Of a DNA stretch of 64,000 nucleotides, positions 1-11,070 are shown in pieces. The DNA lies in the NCBI GenBank assembly GCA_946965045.2, contig OX337228.1:6138001-6202000 (forward strand), in the 5' to 3' direction. The number at the start of each line of letters is the position of its first letter. The first letter of the stretch is position 1. Both the position numbers and the translations under genes were made by a program. The DNA is from Epithemia pelagica (taxonomy: Eukaryota > Protista > Bacillariophyta). The notes under the pieces are model-generated. The model saw only the letters and a list, made by a program, of their open reading frames with translations, searched no databases and was not told the DNA's origin.

Positions 1-3000
1 GTTTCTTTTAATTTTGGACCGATAAGAGTGGCCCAGTCAATCGGCTTCGTAAGATCAAGGGACTTTAACGCTTGCTCTAAACGTGTTCTGTTGTCGAGCT
101 GTACAATGGAGTGTGAAGCCGAGGAATCAACACTGACGACCGTGGATTGGGATGAATGGCTAGAAGATCCCACAGACTTCTTGATGTTGTTTTTCGACCC
201 CTGTACTCCAGAATTCGAAGAGTCACTGAAAGGAAGTGGTGACACGCTTGATGTAGGCAAGTTGTGGACAATGCTAGAATCGACGACCACATTGGTTGCT
301 GTCTCAGCTTGACGTGAGTCATCTACGACGGTTAGATGTGGATTCTGTTCATCTCCGTCCTCCACAACAACGTGAGCTTTCGGACTTGTATGGAGTAAAT
401 GTATCTTCTCCGGTTTCGTTGCCTCGGATCCTTTCGTTGAGTCTTTCTCAGAGTCCAAATAGGCTTCCCTTAACACTTGGTCTTTGTCGTCAGGTGTGAC
501 ACCGTGGTCTGCCAATCTTGGGATCTTTTTTTGTCTATTTTGCTCAACAGGAGTCATTTCTGAGGGCTCCACTTGGCGCTTCATACTTGACGGGGTATCG
601 GAGGCGACCTTTTTGTTCGATCGTTGCCTTCTTGAAATTTGCGATGGTGTGATAAAGGTTTCTCTGTATTCACTTATTGCCTCCGTCAAGTACACTTCCA
701 AGCTCAGACGTTCCTCGTGAGGAAGCACAGATTCATCAATCCAAGCCGGGAGGCCATATCGAGCAAGGTGCTTTGTAAGATCCTCGTCGCTGTTGAACCT
801 TTCGGCACCAGAAGGGTCACACCACATGTCGAGCCCAGACACTAGTTTTTTCTTGTATCCCGCCTTTTTCAGCAAGGAAAGATACTGCGAAATACTTTTA
901 ATCACCTTGTATGTGGGCAACGGCTCGGTCAGATCCGCAGAGCGAACAATGGCAAAGCGGACCCAAAGGTTAATGTTTTTCTTTTCTTCATCGTTCCATC
1001 CCCCAAAGTCATCCACAAAATTTTCGCAGAGGTACTTTCGAAATTCGTCTTCTGTACGGAACCAGTCTGTCCCGTGGATCGACTCGCCTAGATTTTTGGG
1101 ATTGGTTCCCGGGCGACAAAATAGATTCTTGGCAAACTGGAATCCACCCTTTTCAAAAATCTTTTTGACTTCTCGAAACTGGATGATCTTCGTGTCGGGT
1201 GTGAAGGACTCGCCGGTAAGGGACAAGGAATCGCTAGGACTCGTAGTGCCTTTGAAGGATTTACGGTGGGATCGGCTCGACTTGCTGGAATTCGAACGCG
1301 GCGTACGGGCTTGGCTGTATTTAGAATTTTGAGATCTCTTGCTGGACCTCGTCGAATGGGATGTCGTGGCCTGTAATAAGACGGACTGTGACGGTGAATC
1401 CACTTTGCGACGATGACTTTGCGTCTCGGTCGACGCTACCGCTGTACCTGCTCGATTGGACCGCGTCGTATGTGTCGAATCGGACTTCGTGGACTGTACC
1501 AAGTCGGATTGTGAAGCAGGTGAATTCATTTTGCGACGGTGACTTTGCGCCTCGTTCGATGTGGCTGTTGTACTAGCTTGTCGAGAAGATCTATTCGACT
1601 GGATGCTGTCCTTTTGTTGGGTTTCCAAAAGCTCCTCTTTGTTGCTGGTCTTGTCGGAATCCAGTTCCATTGCACTACTTTCAGGGCAGGTGATTTCCTT
1701 GTTGCTTGGGGAAAGAGTTCCCTGGCGTGTTTCCACTCCATCGTCTTGTTTCTGGGCCCCACACTCGGCCAATGACGGGTCATTAACCTTGGCTGGAGCA
1801 TTGGTGGGGTTTTCAATAGTGTCTACCGCATTGTCTGTACCGGGAGGGTCTTTCCTGGCATTCGCGGGTCGATTGGTTGAAACTTGCATCCTGTTTGCCT
1901 CATCATCTCCTGCTTGTCGTGGTTTCAGTGGGGTTTCCTCCTCTCCCAACCTTGTCTCGGTTGGTTCACACGGCATGTCTTGAGCCGTCTCGCTCTCTTG
2001 CACTTTCTCTGCGGATTCTTGGGCCAACTCCTTCTTGTCATTCCTAGCGTCATATTGGACTATTGCCATGCTTGCAGCCTCATCAGCCCCACTCATGTCC
2101 ATGATTGGTTCGCAATCCATGGCACTTTCGTGTGCTTCTGTACCGTGGTTGACAAGGATTGTGGGATCTTGGGTCATAATGGGAGGGGCCGACGCACGTG
2201 TCACAGCGTTGCGGGCTTTTGCTTGGTCCTCTACCGCGGAATTCGTAGTCGTCGTCGAAGACGAAAAGGCGGGTTGCGTCAGTTGCGTGAGCAACAAAAA
2301 GGGATGGTCCTCTTCTGGTCCATTGCCCACTGGTTCACTCGAGCCATCCGTGATGCTTTCTTCTACAATACAATTCTCTTCCATGTCGTCGTTGCAGGGC
2401 ATGAGCTCATCAAAGACATTTTTGTTGTCGTCATGGTTGTCTTGTAGTGCTAATGGCGCAGACTCGTCGTTTCCAGTGGGGGCGGCAGACTCGGGCGCTG
2501 CCTGGGTGCACAGCATGTCGTGAAAATCCATTGCCAGCACTTGCTCCTCCTTTGGTTGTTGTTGTGGGTGTGGCAAGTAGGATGCATCCTCCCGAGTGGG
2601 TTTCGCAGCCGCCGCCTCCAAAGAAGAGTTGGTGATGCGGGGAGTCTCTGGTTCGAGTTGGAGTGTAGGGCATGCTGCTTGTGGACCATCCAAGGACACG
2701 CGAGGGATGGGTCGTCCTGCTTGTGGGGGACCCTGTTTCCGGCGGGTGTCCTGATTCGGTCCGGCCAAAAGAGACGGTGCGTCTGTCTGGACGGGGGCGA
2801 GTGTCGAGGCATCCATGTCCGTCCTGTTGTGATCCAGTGGTGGTGGATGCGTTGTTGGAGCATTCGTGGGGTTTGGCTGGGGATCCAACCCACGAGAGGA
2901 GGACGACGATGATTTCGGAATGGATTGCATCAGTGTCGCGACTTGTTGTAGGGCGTCCTTGAGTCCTTCGACGCGATGAATATAGGGTAGTACGAGATGG

Positions 3001-3404
3001 ACATGATGCCATGACTTGAAGCGCTTTGGAGGGGGGTCGTAAAAGGCCCGTTGTCGTTCGGTAAGGGGAGTGTTGGGACCGAGTAAAATGGCCACGGGTA
3101 CATCCGAGACTTGCGCACCACCTGCCTTGTGGATGGCGTCAAAGTAATCTGTGAGGTCGAGAATCATCCGAGGTTCGCAATGCCCAAAGAGTCCATAGCG
3201 CTGTTGAATATGGTTGCATGTGTTCGCCGAGTCAAAGAACAAACAAGGCCAATAACGAACATGACATGTCGTGCTCGAACAAGACGAGGGAGAATCGTCC
3301 AGACGCAACAAACGAAACATGTCCATGGTCAACTTGGCATTCTGGATTGCGTCGGCGTCATCGTCTTGGGTCATCCACAGACCGTCGTCATGGTCCGGAT
3401 TCAT
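1..3404 (-). CDS. Large uncharacterised protein (>1,130 aa, 3' end beyond the window): PWWP-like N-terminal segment, long low-complexity middle, repeated C-terminal globular units
   Basis: Manual translation gives one stop-free frame from ATG 3404 (MNPDHDDGLW) to the window edge (IDWATLIGPKLKE). It is absent from the ORF track because it has no stop in the window. Contains VRYWPCLFFDS and about 70-80-aa units near 950-1200 and 690-900. Confidence 0.8.
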   Translation of the reverse strand, partial: MNPDHDDGLWMTQDDDADAIQNAKLTMDMFRLLRLDDSPSSCSSTTCHVRYWPCLFFDSANTCNHIQQRYGLFGHCEPRMILDLTDYFDAIHKAGGAQVSDVPVAILLGPNTPLTERQRAFYDPPPKRFKSWHHVHLVLPYIHRVEGLKDALQQVATLMQSIPKSSSSSSRGLDPQPNPTNAPTTHPPPLDHNRTDMDASTLAPVQTDAPSLLAGPNQDTRRKQGPPQAGRPIPRVSLDGPQAACPTLQLEPETPRITNSSLEAAAAKPTREDASYLPHPQQQPKEEQVLAMDFHDMLCTQAAPESAAPTGNDESAPLALQDNHDDNKNVFDELMPCNDDMEENCIVEESITDGSSEPVGNGPEEDHPFLLLTQLTQPAFSSSTTTTNSAVEDQAKARNAVTRASAPPIMTQDPTILVNHGTEAHESAMDCEPIMDMSGADEAASMAIVQYDARNDKKELAQESAEKVQESETAQDMPCEPTETRLGEEETPLKPRQAGDDEANRMQVSTNRPANARKDPPGTDNAVDTIENPTNAPAKVNDPSLAECGAQKQDDGVETRQGTLSPSNKEITCPESSAMELDSDKTSNKEELLETQQKDSIQSNRSSRQASTTATSNEAQSHRRKMNSPASQSDLVQSTKSDSTHTTRSNRAGTAVASTETQSHRRKVDSPSQSVLLQATTSHSTRSSKRSQNSKYSQARTPRSNSSKSSRSHRKSFKGTTSPSDSLSLTGESFTPDTKIIQFREVKKIFEKGGFQFAKNLFCRPGTNPKNLGESIHGTDWFRTEDEFRKYLCENFVDDFGGWNDEEKKNINLWVRFAIVRSADLTEPLPTYKVIKSISQYLSLLKKAGYKKKLVSGLDMWCDPSGAERFNSDEDLTKHLARYGLPAWIDESVLPHEERLSLEVYLTEAISEYRETFITPSQISRRQRSNKKVASDTPSSMKRQVEPSEMTPVEQNRQKKIPRLADHGVTPDDKDQVLREAYLDSEKDSTKGSEATKPEKIHLLHTSPKAHVVVEDGDEQNPHLTVVDDSRQAETATNVVVDSSIVHNLPTSSVSPLPFSDSSNSGVQGSKNNIKKSVGSSSHSSQSTVVSVDSSASHSIVQLDNRTRLEQALKSLDLTKPIDWATLIGPKLKE

Positions 3405-3676
3405 TCTGCACAATTCGCTGCCAAAAGTGTTTGGTTGGAATCCTGCAGTGGTTGTCGTTACCAGGTACTAGCAGAACAACAGCAGCAGCAGCAAGGTATT
3501 CGTGCTGTTTGGCTGTCACCCCTTGGGTTGTTTGTGGATGGATCGATGGATGTTAATTTGCACAAGGCGAGCTTTGTTTTGTTTGTGTTTGGTGGATCGA
3601 CAATGGACCTCAACTGAGGAAAGTGCCACTCTCATTCTTCCGGCCGCCAAGCGCATCCCCATCCCGGCGTGCATGC

Positions 3677-3684
3677 GCGCGAAA
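3677..3684 (-). promoter_or_regulatory. E2F-type motif TTTCGCGC upstream of the 1-3404 gene
   Basis: Plus-strand GCGCGAAA is TTTCGCGC on minus, matching the E2F consensus TTTSSCGC, about 270 bp upstream of ATG 3404. Motif match only. Confidence 0.35.
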
Positions 3685-5492
3685 GTCGCGGCATCGTTTG
3701 GGCGCGCAAAACTATGCCATCCACAAAAGGCTACCGAGAACTACGCCTATTGTATGCTCTCTAGCGCACAAGCCGCCTATCTAGAAACGAGAAAAAGGGT
3801 ACTCTTGTTCGTCTGTCAAACAATGCTTCGTCTCTTCTACTTGCAACTGTTCCCCATGATCGTCATGTTAGAACTAGTATTCTTCTTGTTGTTGCTGCTG
3901 TGAAAGGCATTGTTGTAGTCTTCATGCTGGTCCTGCTTCAATGCCATGAGAAACGCAAGGTAAGGGTTGTTGCTTTGGGGTGAATAATCACACCAACAAC
4001 CAGACCCTTCCGAGTCCAGTAGGACTGTAGCATCATTCATTCAAAATCTCGCTCCGTCAGCCAGGAGTCGAAAAACTTGAATCTCTCGTATTGTAGCACA
4101 GTCGCCGAATGCAACCATGCCGACCAAATGTTTGACAGTTTCCATTCCAAACGCCACGGCTACCCCATGTCCTCACGCCTACCCCATGTCCTAAATCGGT
4201 CTCTCTTGGATCGTGCCTTGGTATGGGAATGACAAGACAGAGTTGCGGTGGTTTTTTTCATGATTCCGAGCATTTCTAACCGATCCAGTGTTGTGCAGGG
4301 TACTGTCGTGTTCTCAACTACGTAGCAAGGCAAATTCTTTGTATCTGTGGATACGGTGAGCCATTTCTAATCGGTAGTAGTAACATGAGAGTGAGTGTGG
4401 GTCAACGCCAAGAACCATTCCACGGAAATGGGCAAAATCGATCCAATAAACTTTTGGGAACATGGCCGAGGGACCATAGTTCATTCACTGTCACTTGTTT
4501 CCTTGTTTTGACCCTCATCGCCATTGTTGTTTGCCATTTTGTCGTATGGGAGGACAAAATGTGCGGGAACCTCACAAGAATGAATCCTATATGGTATTGT
4601 GTCTTCGGCTTGCATCCTACAGTGGTTCAAAGAGGTTCCAACGTTCTGCCATTATGAATCCGGCTCTCTCGTGGTCCAGATTGATTTTTCTTCCATGTTG
4701 GCTCATGGTTTCGATACTACGGTCCATTCGAACATGTGTCACTTATTCCTTCACGTACGCAGGAGCGCCAAAATCGCAAAATCGAGCGTTGATGGAATGG
4801 CCCCTCAGGGTGGGGAGTATCGATTGCCCATCAAATCTCTCTTCTTTTGCAGAAGAACCGGATGAATCCCTGTCCCTAAAACTCCAACGGATCCAACAGG
4901 TATCGGCTTGTTGAGGATAACTCCTCATTCGGGGCGATATCGGTGGTGGTTGATACCATTGTTGTCGCAGAAAGGCAATACTTGAAAAGCAACAAGAAGG
5001 GGATGCATTTCACTCAATGTTCATTATAGGTCTCATTTTGTTTCTTCCATACTTAGATGAGGACATCAATTTAGTCGGTGTGTAGCCTACATACTCGTGG
5101 TCAAAGCAATTCCATTGTCTTTCATTGTTGCTCGACAAAGTGTCTTAGTGTGGCCTTCGAGAAAATTGTGGAGGGAGGTCAAAAAATCATCCGTCGAGTT
5201 TGACCGCGCGGGGTGAGCTTCCATTATCGGGTGCATGCTAAGTCTTGGATCTGTGTTTATTACTGATCCCGTACGACTTTGATCCTGATTTGTCACATAA
5301 TAACCATCCAAGCCTGCACGACAAATATTGGCCTATTCGTATAGTTTAGTGCGTCGAGCCGACCCCTCACGATTAAACGGACGCTCTGATCCCCACTAAA
5401 CGGAAGGAAAAATTGGATCCAACCCCTGGGAATTTTGAGACAAACAAACGATCGAAAGCGCACTTCTCTGGACGAGAAAAGGGACCTTCATC

Positions 5493-7388
5493 ATGGTGAA
5501 GTATATGAAGCTCAACACATCTATAATTTTACTTTTTTTCGGCCTTTTCTTCGTGGCTGTGTCTCCCGTTGCTGCTGGACGCAAATGGTATAATGTGGAC
5601 CGTGTCTCAGGCGCTCAACTAGCTAATGGTCGCCCAAGGAATCGAGGACGGCAACCCCGCCGCCGCCGTCTCGATTCCGAAGACGATGCAGGGGGCAAGG
5701 GGAAAAAGAAGCGTGATGCACCGTCTGTTTCACCAGCACCGTCTCCTGATCCTGGAACACAAGTGATGATAGGTTCGGCATTTCCTTCCTTTGCTCCCTC
5801 TGAGAGGCCCTCCACAACTCCATCTACCACTCAAGCGCCATCGGGCTCGCCTACCTTTTCCATGGCTCCGTCAACTTCGCCTCAGCCCACATCGACAGGT
5901 GTCCCGTCCTCGAATCCTTCAGAGGAACCAACGACAAGCCCTTCCTCCGGAATGCCCTCAACGAGTCCTTCCGACGAACCTTCGTTGTCTCCTTCCACTG
6001 AGCCATCTTCCGTTCCCTCGGTTCCTCCATCACTGTCGCAGTCTCCGTCTGAGTTTCCATCAATATTGCCGAGCACCTCTCCTTCTCATGAGCCTTCGAT
6101 GATACCGTCCACGAACCCATCTCTCTCATCCTTTCCTTCAACATCTCCCAGCAAAAGCCCACAGCCGTCAATGTCAGATCAACCGTCTTCTGAACCCAGC
6201 GCGGTCCCTAGTGTGACGCCAACACTCTCAGCTCAACCTTCTGAGAGTCCCACTAAATCGCCACAGCCAAGTTTATCGTTTGCTCCCACGACCACTGTAC
6301 AGCCATCCACCGCGCCTTCTGGTGACAAACTGTTTGTTAGATCGGACACTGCGGATTCCCTTACATTTATGTGTGAAGTACAGAACCCCAATGGCTACGC
6401 GTCACCGCCGGTGTTTCAACGGTTTGATGGCCGCGCAAACATCTGTCCAAACGGTGCTGTTACGGACTTGCAAAGCACAGCGCAGGCTCTCCTTCGAGAC
6501 CCGGTTGTCCCTGGACTTGCCGATCGGCTTTTGGACTGCGAATACAATGACGGAACGGAGTTTGTCGCGGTCATGATGTTTGACAATGACCCCGTTGAAG
6601 TAACTCCCACAGGAAATGGATGCTATTCATGGCAATTCTTTTTTCAAATGAATTACATAGTAGAGGTAAAGGAAGGACGCCGCTTGGACGTTCAAGAAAC
6701 CATTTCCGACACAGAAGTTGCGCAAACGGTGAAAAATGCTTTGGCGGATATATTTGCCACTATTGATGGCCTAACTATTACCTTGGAGGATTTCGGAAAC
6801 ATTGCCACGAACAATCAGGATCCTCCACCTTCCAATGGGGGGACGACAACAGAAGTGCTGCAGTCCGAAACAACCGGCGACGACGACAGAAGTGTCACCG
6901 TTCCGGTCATGACAGTGGCTTGTTCCGTTCTAGTTTTGGCTATTGTTGGAGTTCTTGCTGTTCGAAAGAAGAGAGTATACGACAAAAACCTTGAAGAAGG
7001 CCATATTCTACTCAAAGACTCTATGGATCTCGAAGATATGGACGACCTCGATTTTGGTACACCGGGAATCTCTACAGGATCAATATTGAGAGACCTTGAT
7101 CCCACTGAGAGTTTCGATGATGAAGAAGTTAGCACTGTCTATGATTCCAGCGTATATCCTAAAGTTTATGTGCTCGGCGAAGGGGATCAGGAATCCGCCG
7201 AAGTGGAATACGATGAATTGCGGTTTACGTCGGAAGCCTACGAGATTCGAGGGGATCGTTCAGTGGCACGGGGTACCACGTTCGTGACTGCGGACTTGAG
7301 AAATGCCATGAAAGATTTGCAACCACCACCTGTGACGCCACAAAGGTCGGGCCGGAGATACATACACGATGATACCATAGACCTATAG
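5493..7388 (+). CDS. Type I membrane/cell-surface protein with signal peptide, RxL-type motifs, Pro/Ser/Thr-rich mucin-like repeats, single TM and acidic cytosolic tail
   Basis: 631-aa ORF: hydrophobic N-terminus (IILLFFGLFFVAVSPVAA), RRRRLD and GRRLD motifs, many PSxxPS units, TM VPVMTVACSVLVLAIVGVLAV followed by RKKR, ends YIHDDTIDL. Confidence 0.85.
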   Translation: MVKYMKLNTSIILLFFGLFFVAVSPVAAGRKWYNVDRVSGAQLANGRPRNRGRQPRRRRLDSEDDAGGKGKKKRDAPSVSPAPSPDPGTQVMIGSAFPSFAPSERPSTTPSTTQAPSGSPTFSMAPSTSPQPTSTGVPSSNPSEEPTTSPSSGMPSTSPSDEPSLSPSTEPSSVPSVPPSLSQSPSEFPSILPSTSPSHEPSMIPSTNPSLSSFPSTSPSKSPQPSMSDQPSSEPSAVPSVTPTLSAQPSESPTKSPQPSLSFAPTTTVQPSTAPSGDKLFVRSDTADSLTFMCEVQNPNGYASPPVFQRFDGRANICPNGAVTDLQSTAQALLRDPVVPGLADRLLDCEYNDGTEFVAVMMFDNDPVEVTPTGNGCYSWQFFFQMNYIVEVKEGRRLDVQETISDTEVAQTVKNALADIFATIDGLTITLEDFGNIATNNQDPPPSNGGTTTEVLQSETTGDDDRSVTVPVMTVACSVLVLAIVGVLAVRKKRVYDKNLEEGHILLKDSMDLEDMDDLDFGTPGISTGSILRDLDPTESFDDEEVSTVYDSSVYPKVYVLGEGDQESAEVEYDELRFTSEAYEIRGDRSVARGTTFVTADLRNAMKDLQPPPVTPQRSGRRYIHDDTIDL

Positions 7389-7516
7389 CGGAGCAGGGCT
7401 CCTCTGTACATGAAATCGTAGTTCTAGTGTTCTAGAATGTTAGTTTGACCACTGACTGCATCTAAACCTCATGTCCGAACTCTGGCACTCGCTGTTCATT
7501 GTGTCCAGCTCCTGTC

Positions 7517-10500
7517 TTATTCGCAGAGGGAGACACCACGGTCCTTGGTCGAACTTGTGGCACCGACGACCGTCCAAAACCAACTTCGAAAGCTAGGATC
7601 CGACTCGGCATCGTAAAACTTGAACTTTTGTCGCACCGTCTCAAGCTCTTGTGCGGACAATCGCGATAGGGCCGGAAAATTGGCCAGGCAATGTTCAATG
7701 GGATCACCGTGACTGGGGGCCAACAAGGCTGTGAATCGTCGACTCATGGAGTCATTTTCCTTCACCACATGGAGCTGGGGAAGTGGGAAGCGGAGCTCGG
7801 AGCGCATCGTCAAGTGTGACAGGCATTGGCTTCGCAATGAATCATATTGTGGGTCCGAAACCTCACTGCCTGACCAAACGAATATACTATGATAGTTGTC
7901 GGCTGCAATGACACTGTTGCTCCAAAGAATCAATGTTTCAGGAAGAATCTCTTCCAACGGAGCAGACTCACTGCTATCTTTGTCGTTGGAAGGTTCACAT
8001 CTCCAGAGCAAGGGGGCCATCATACAGAGGCAGTCCTCCATGGGGAATCGGATGAAGAGGGACCGAATCTCCGCCCGATCATCGAGGGATCGCATGGGTC
8101 CAGGATTCAAGAGAGGTCCCCGTCGTAAGTAGTATAATCGTCGAAGGGCGACCGAGAGTTCAGGCGGGAAGGCAAAATCAAAGGACGATCCCGGTGCTCG
8201 AACGCCACCGGCTTCAGTCATGTCCAATCCTCGCGATCCTCCTTGTTCCAAACCCAGCAAACGATAGGCACCGGAGATACGAGCAATGGTGGCATCCAAA
8301 TCGTCCTGAGCTCGAAAGGCCAAACTTTCCAATTGGACGGAGCTGGGAGCATCCACAATATCTTGTTCATGCATTTCCCGTCCATACATGGATCGATAGA
8401 CTGCTTCCTTGGCCAAGACGACGGGCACTACTTCTTCATCCATATTCTCTAAGAATTCTCCGACATCTTTGGCAATGGCCAATCGATGCGTGGCCACACG
8501 CGTTACCAAATAATTCCCTGTCGGGTCCACAAAGCGAGCAATGCATTGAAACACGGCATATCCACGACTGGTATCCGGAAGGGCTTGTCCAAAGGAATCG
8601 TTTGTCCGAAACATGATCGAGTAGGTGGACAAGGGATCGACGCGGCCCACGGTCAATCGAGTTAATGTACTTTGGACAAAGTCTTGGGAGGGCAAATGAT
8701 GAGTGGCAATGCCATGGTGTTGAGCGGCATAAGAAGATCCTTTGGCAAAGGCGGCCCGTTCATTGGGAAGCACGAGATGGGTTCCACCACGACCACGTCG
8801 AGAACTCTTTTGATCAGCATTGTTGAGCAACTCGCCGGGCCCGACCAAATGAGTGGCTGTGAGAAAGGGCGATGCCCGCAAGTCAACAATACATCCCGTC
8901 GGCACGAGCGAATCCGGGCTATTGTCCTTGATATCAAATGCCTCAGCCGCTGCTCCCGTTCCGACATCAAAGGCCAAGGATGGAACATTCGAGACGTATG
9001 TGTGTTGAAGCAAAAAGGTTAAATTGTGTTGAAGGGGTTGGGTTGTTGCACTGGCGGCGGAATCCAATCTCCCCTTTTCGTGCTCAATGGACAGCGACAA
9101 CGATGACGCCGCGTCCACAACCACAAAGGATTCATGGGGAAGGACATAGCCTCCACTGGGGTCCACCAAGGCCTGATAGGCAGCAATCCCCAATTCGGAC
9201 GATCCAGTACACAAGACATCGAGGGCCACACTGGGTTCCGATCGTGCCAAGGTATCCAAGAATTCAATGGACCGTGCCAATTTCAAGGGATGGACGACAT
9301 CGGGTCCTAGTAGAGTGACGCTGGAATCCATGGAAGGAGAATGATCCGAATCTGCATGACTATAATGTGACGACGACGGCTGTTGCTCCACAACACTGGC
9401 ATCTCCATAATTGGGACATCCATTGGTAAAGAGGAGAATGCGACATGTATTGTTGGGTGCATTAGTGTCGTTGTCTTCGTCGCCTTGTTCTGCGGGTGAT
9501 GGTTTGTGCGACGGCTGTCGTCGTAGGGTGGTTGCCTTGGTGAGATTGAGTGCTGTATGAATTGCTTCTCCAGTGGCACGGTAGGCATGAGTGGATGATG
9601 ACGAATCGCGATGATGGTGATGCGACGGCCGTTTGGTCTGACGTGCCCGAATCCAAGGCGAAACCGGTGCTGGGGTTGGAACAGAAGAAGTGGAAGAAGA
9701 CTCAGACACGGTAGATGAAGACGAAACCAAGGATTCTTGACGTTGTTGTTGTTGTTTTCGTAACCGTTCGGCTTTGCGTTGTTTAAGAATTTCCAGTCGA
9801 GAACGTGGTGCGTTGAGACTGCTAGTACCGAGATCCATGGCGTGGTCGCCCGTTGTTGTTGTTGGTTGAGAGGCTCCATGGTCTTGTGAAACTCCAAAAG
9901 CGGCCGAGACGCACAAGTTCAATCGATCCCATGCCGAAGACGACTCCTTGTCGTCCAGTGTGGCCAAATAGTCTCGGGTTTGCAAGTGTTCCATGGTCAA
10001 GCCATCGTCTTCGATGGTAAAGACGTCGGCACAAGCCATACCCGACAATCCCAATTGATAGACAGAGATATGTTGATCAAAAACAACCAATCCCAATTGA
10101 ATGGATCGTTTGGTGGACGACAGGGCTTGTTGAACGGCCTGTGGAATGGCATGGGCTTCTTGGTTGGACAAATTGGCATCGACCACTAAAATCAGAGTGA
10201 GGGGAGCCTCTGCCGTGGCTGCTTTAGAGGATACTCCATTATTTCTTCTCAAGGCTTGGCGAAATTCCAACAGAGGTGAGACCAAGAGATTGTTTTGCGC
10301 ATGGAGTTCCAACAAGTGAGGGGATGCCGCATTTTTGGATCCACACAAGGCACAGTGCCAAATGCCAGGATTAGTTTCATCCAAGGTCGCATACAAATTC
10401 ATATAAGCCAAACAAGTAGTACACAAAATCGGTGGCAATTCGTTGGGTTGCTGTTGATCATTGTTGTCGTAATGGCACGTGGTGGTTGTTTCGGAGATGG

Positions 10501-10675
10501 CGGCCATGGGCGTGTACAAAAAGCCAAAGGGCAATTGACAAGAACAATTCAATCCACCGACATCGTATTGATTGCTTCCCACAACCGGTGGGGGGCATTT
10601 CGTCGATGTAAACAAGGCACCATTTCCCGCACGGTATCGGGAAGCACGATCGTATGAGTACGACGACGACGACAT
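7517..10675 (-). CDS. Divergent Sec23/Sec24-family protein
   Basis: 1052-aa ORF with the Sec23/24 zinc finger (CTTCLAYMNLY...WHCALCGSKN), vWA-like trunk (LILVVDAN; RILLFTNGCPNYG), beta-sandwich/helical region and gelsolin-like end (IFVWSG). Confidence 0.8.
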   Translation of the reverse strand: MSSSSYSYDRASRYRAGNGALFTSTKCPPPVVGSNQYDVGGLNCSCQLPFGFLYTPMAAISETTTTCHYDNNDQQQPNELPPILCTTCLAYMNLYATLDETNPGIWHCALCGSKNAASPHLLELHAQNNLLVSPLLEFRQALRRNNGVSSKAATAEAPLTLILVVDANLSNQEAHAIPQAVQQALSSTKRSIQLGLVVFDQHISVYQLGLSGMACADVFTIEDDGLTMEHLQTRDYLATLDDKESSSAWDRLNLCVSAAFGVSQDHGASQPTTTTGDHAMDLGTSSLNAPRSRLEILKQRKAERLRKQQQQRQESLVSSSSTVSESSSTSSVPTPAPVSPWIRARQTKRPSHHHHRDSSSSTHAYRATGEAIHTALNLTKATTLRRQPSHKPSPAEQGDEDNDTNAPNNTCRILLFTNGCPNYGDASVVEQQPSSSHYSHADSDHSPSMDSSVTLLGPDVVHPLKLARSIEFLDTLARSEPSVALDVLCTGSSELGIAAYQALVDPSGGYVLPHESFVVVDAASSLSLSIEHEKGRLDSAASATTQPLQHNLTFLLQHTYVSNVPSLAFDVGTGAAAEAFDIKDNSPDSLVPTGCIVDLRASPFLTATHLVGPGELLNNADQKSSRRGRGGTHLVLPNERAAFAKGSSYAAQHHGIATHHLPSQDFVQSTLTRLTVGRVDPLSTYSIMFRTNDSFGQALPDTSRGYAVFQCIARFVDPTGNYLVTRVATHRLAIAKDVGEFLENMDEEVVPVVLAKEAVYRSMYGREMHEQDIVDAPSSVQLESLAFRAQDDLDATIARISGAYRLLGLEQGGSRGLDMTEAGGVRAPGSSFDFAFPPELSVALRRLYYLRRGPLLNPGPMRSLDDRAEIRSLFIRFPMEDCLCMMAPLLWRCEPSNDKDSSESAPLEEILPETLILWSNSVIAADNYHSIFVWSGSEVSDPQYDSLRSQCLSHLTMRSELRFPLPQLHVVKENDSMSRRFTALLAPSHGDPIEHCLANFPALSRLSAQELETVRQKFKFYDAESDPSFRSWFWTVVGATSSTKDRGVSLCE

Positions 10676-11070
10676 GGTCGAGTTGTTAATGCCAACAATT
10701 GTCTTCTGGGGGCCACATTTGCAACTAGAGGGAAACGGAAAGGGTAGCTACCCTACTTTTCGAGTTCCCTTTTCCCTTGCCTCAAACGCGTTATTGCCTC
10801 GACCTTGATGACAGACTGTTCGTTTCGTATGATACGGAGAACAAGATCATGGTATGAAAACTAGGTCTTACGATTCATAATAATAATATACGAGTAGTGT
10901 AGTAGCGATAGGGAAACATTTGGTCAAACGGAATGAACAACTCAGGAGCAATTTGGGGTCTGTTTCGACTTTTTGACCAACACAACGATTCCACCCCAAA
11001 GAATCGTCTCATAATGGCCCAAGATTGAACGTGCGATCCACAATGGGATACAGGTAATGCCGTAAATCTC

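Noticed and set aside
28-3617. Many plus-strand and alternate-frame ORFs in the track, here and throughout the window
   Set aside because: They are antisense or off-frame shadows of longer genes with recognisable motifs.
4050-5320. Short ORFs and splice-like signals suggesting a decayed gene; 14-bp direct repeat CTACCCCATGTCCT at 4160 and 4179
   Set aside because: No consistent spliced frame or recognisable motif could be built, and the repeat is too short to interpret.
5780-6320. Periodic sequence that might be a CRISPR-like or satellite array
   Set aside because: It is codon-level periodicity from PSxxPS protein repeats, with no identical DNA repeat-spacer units.
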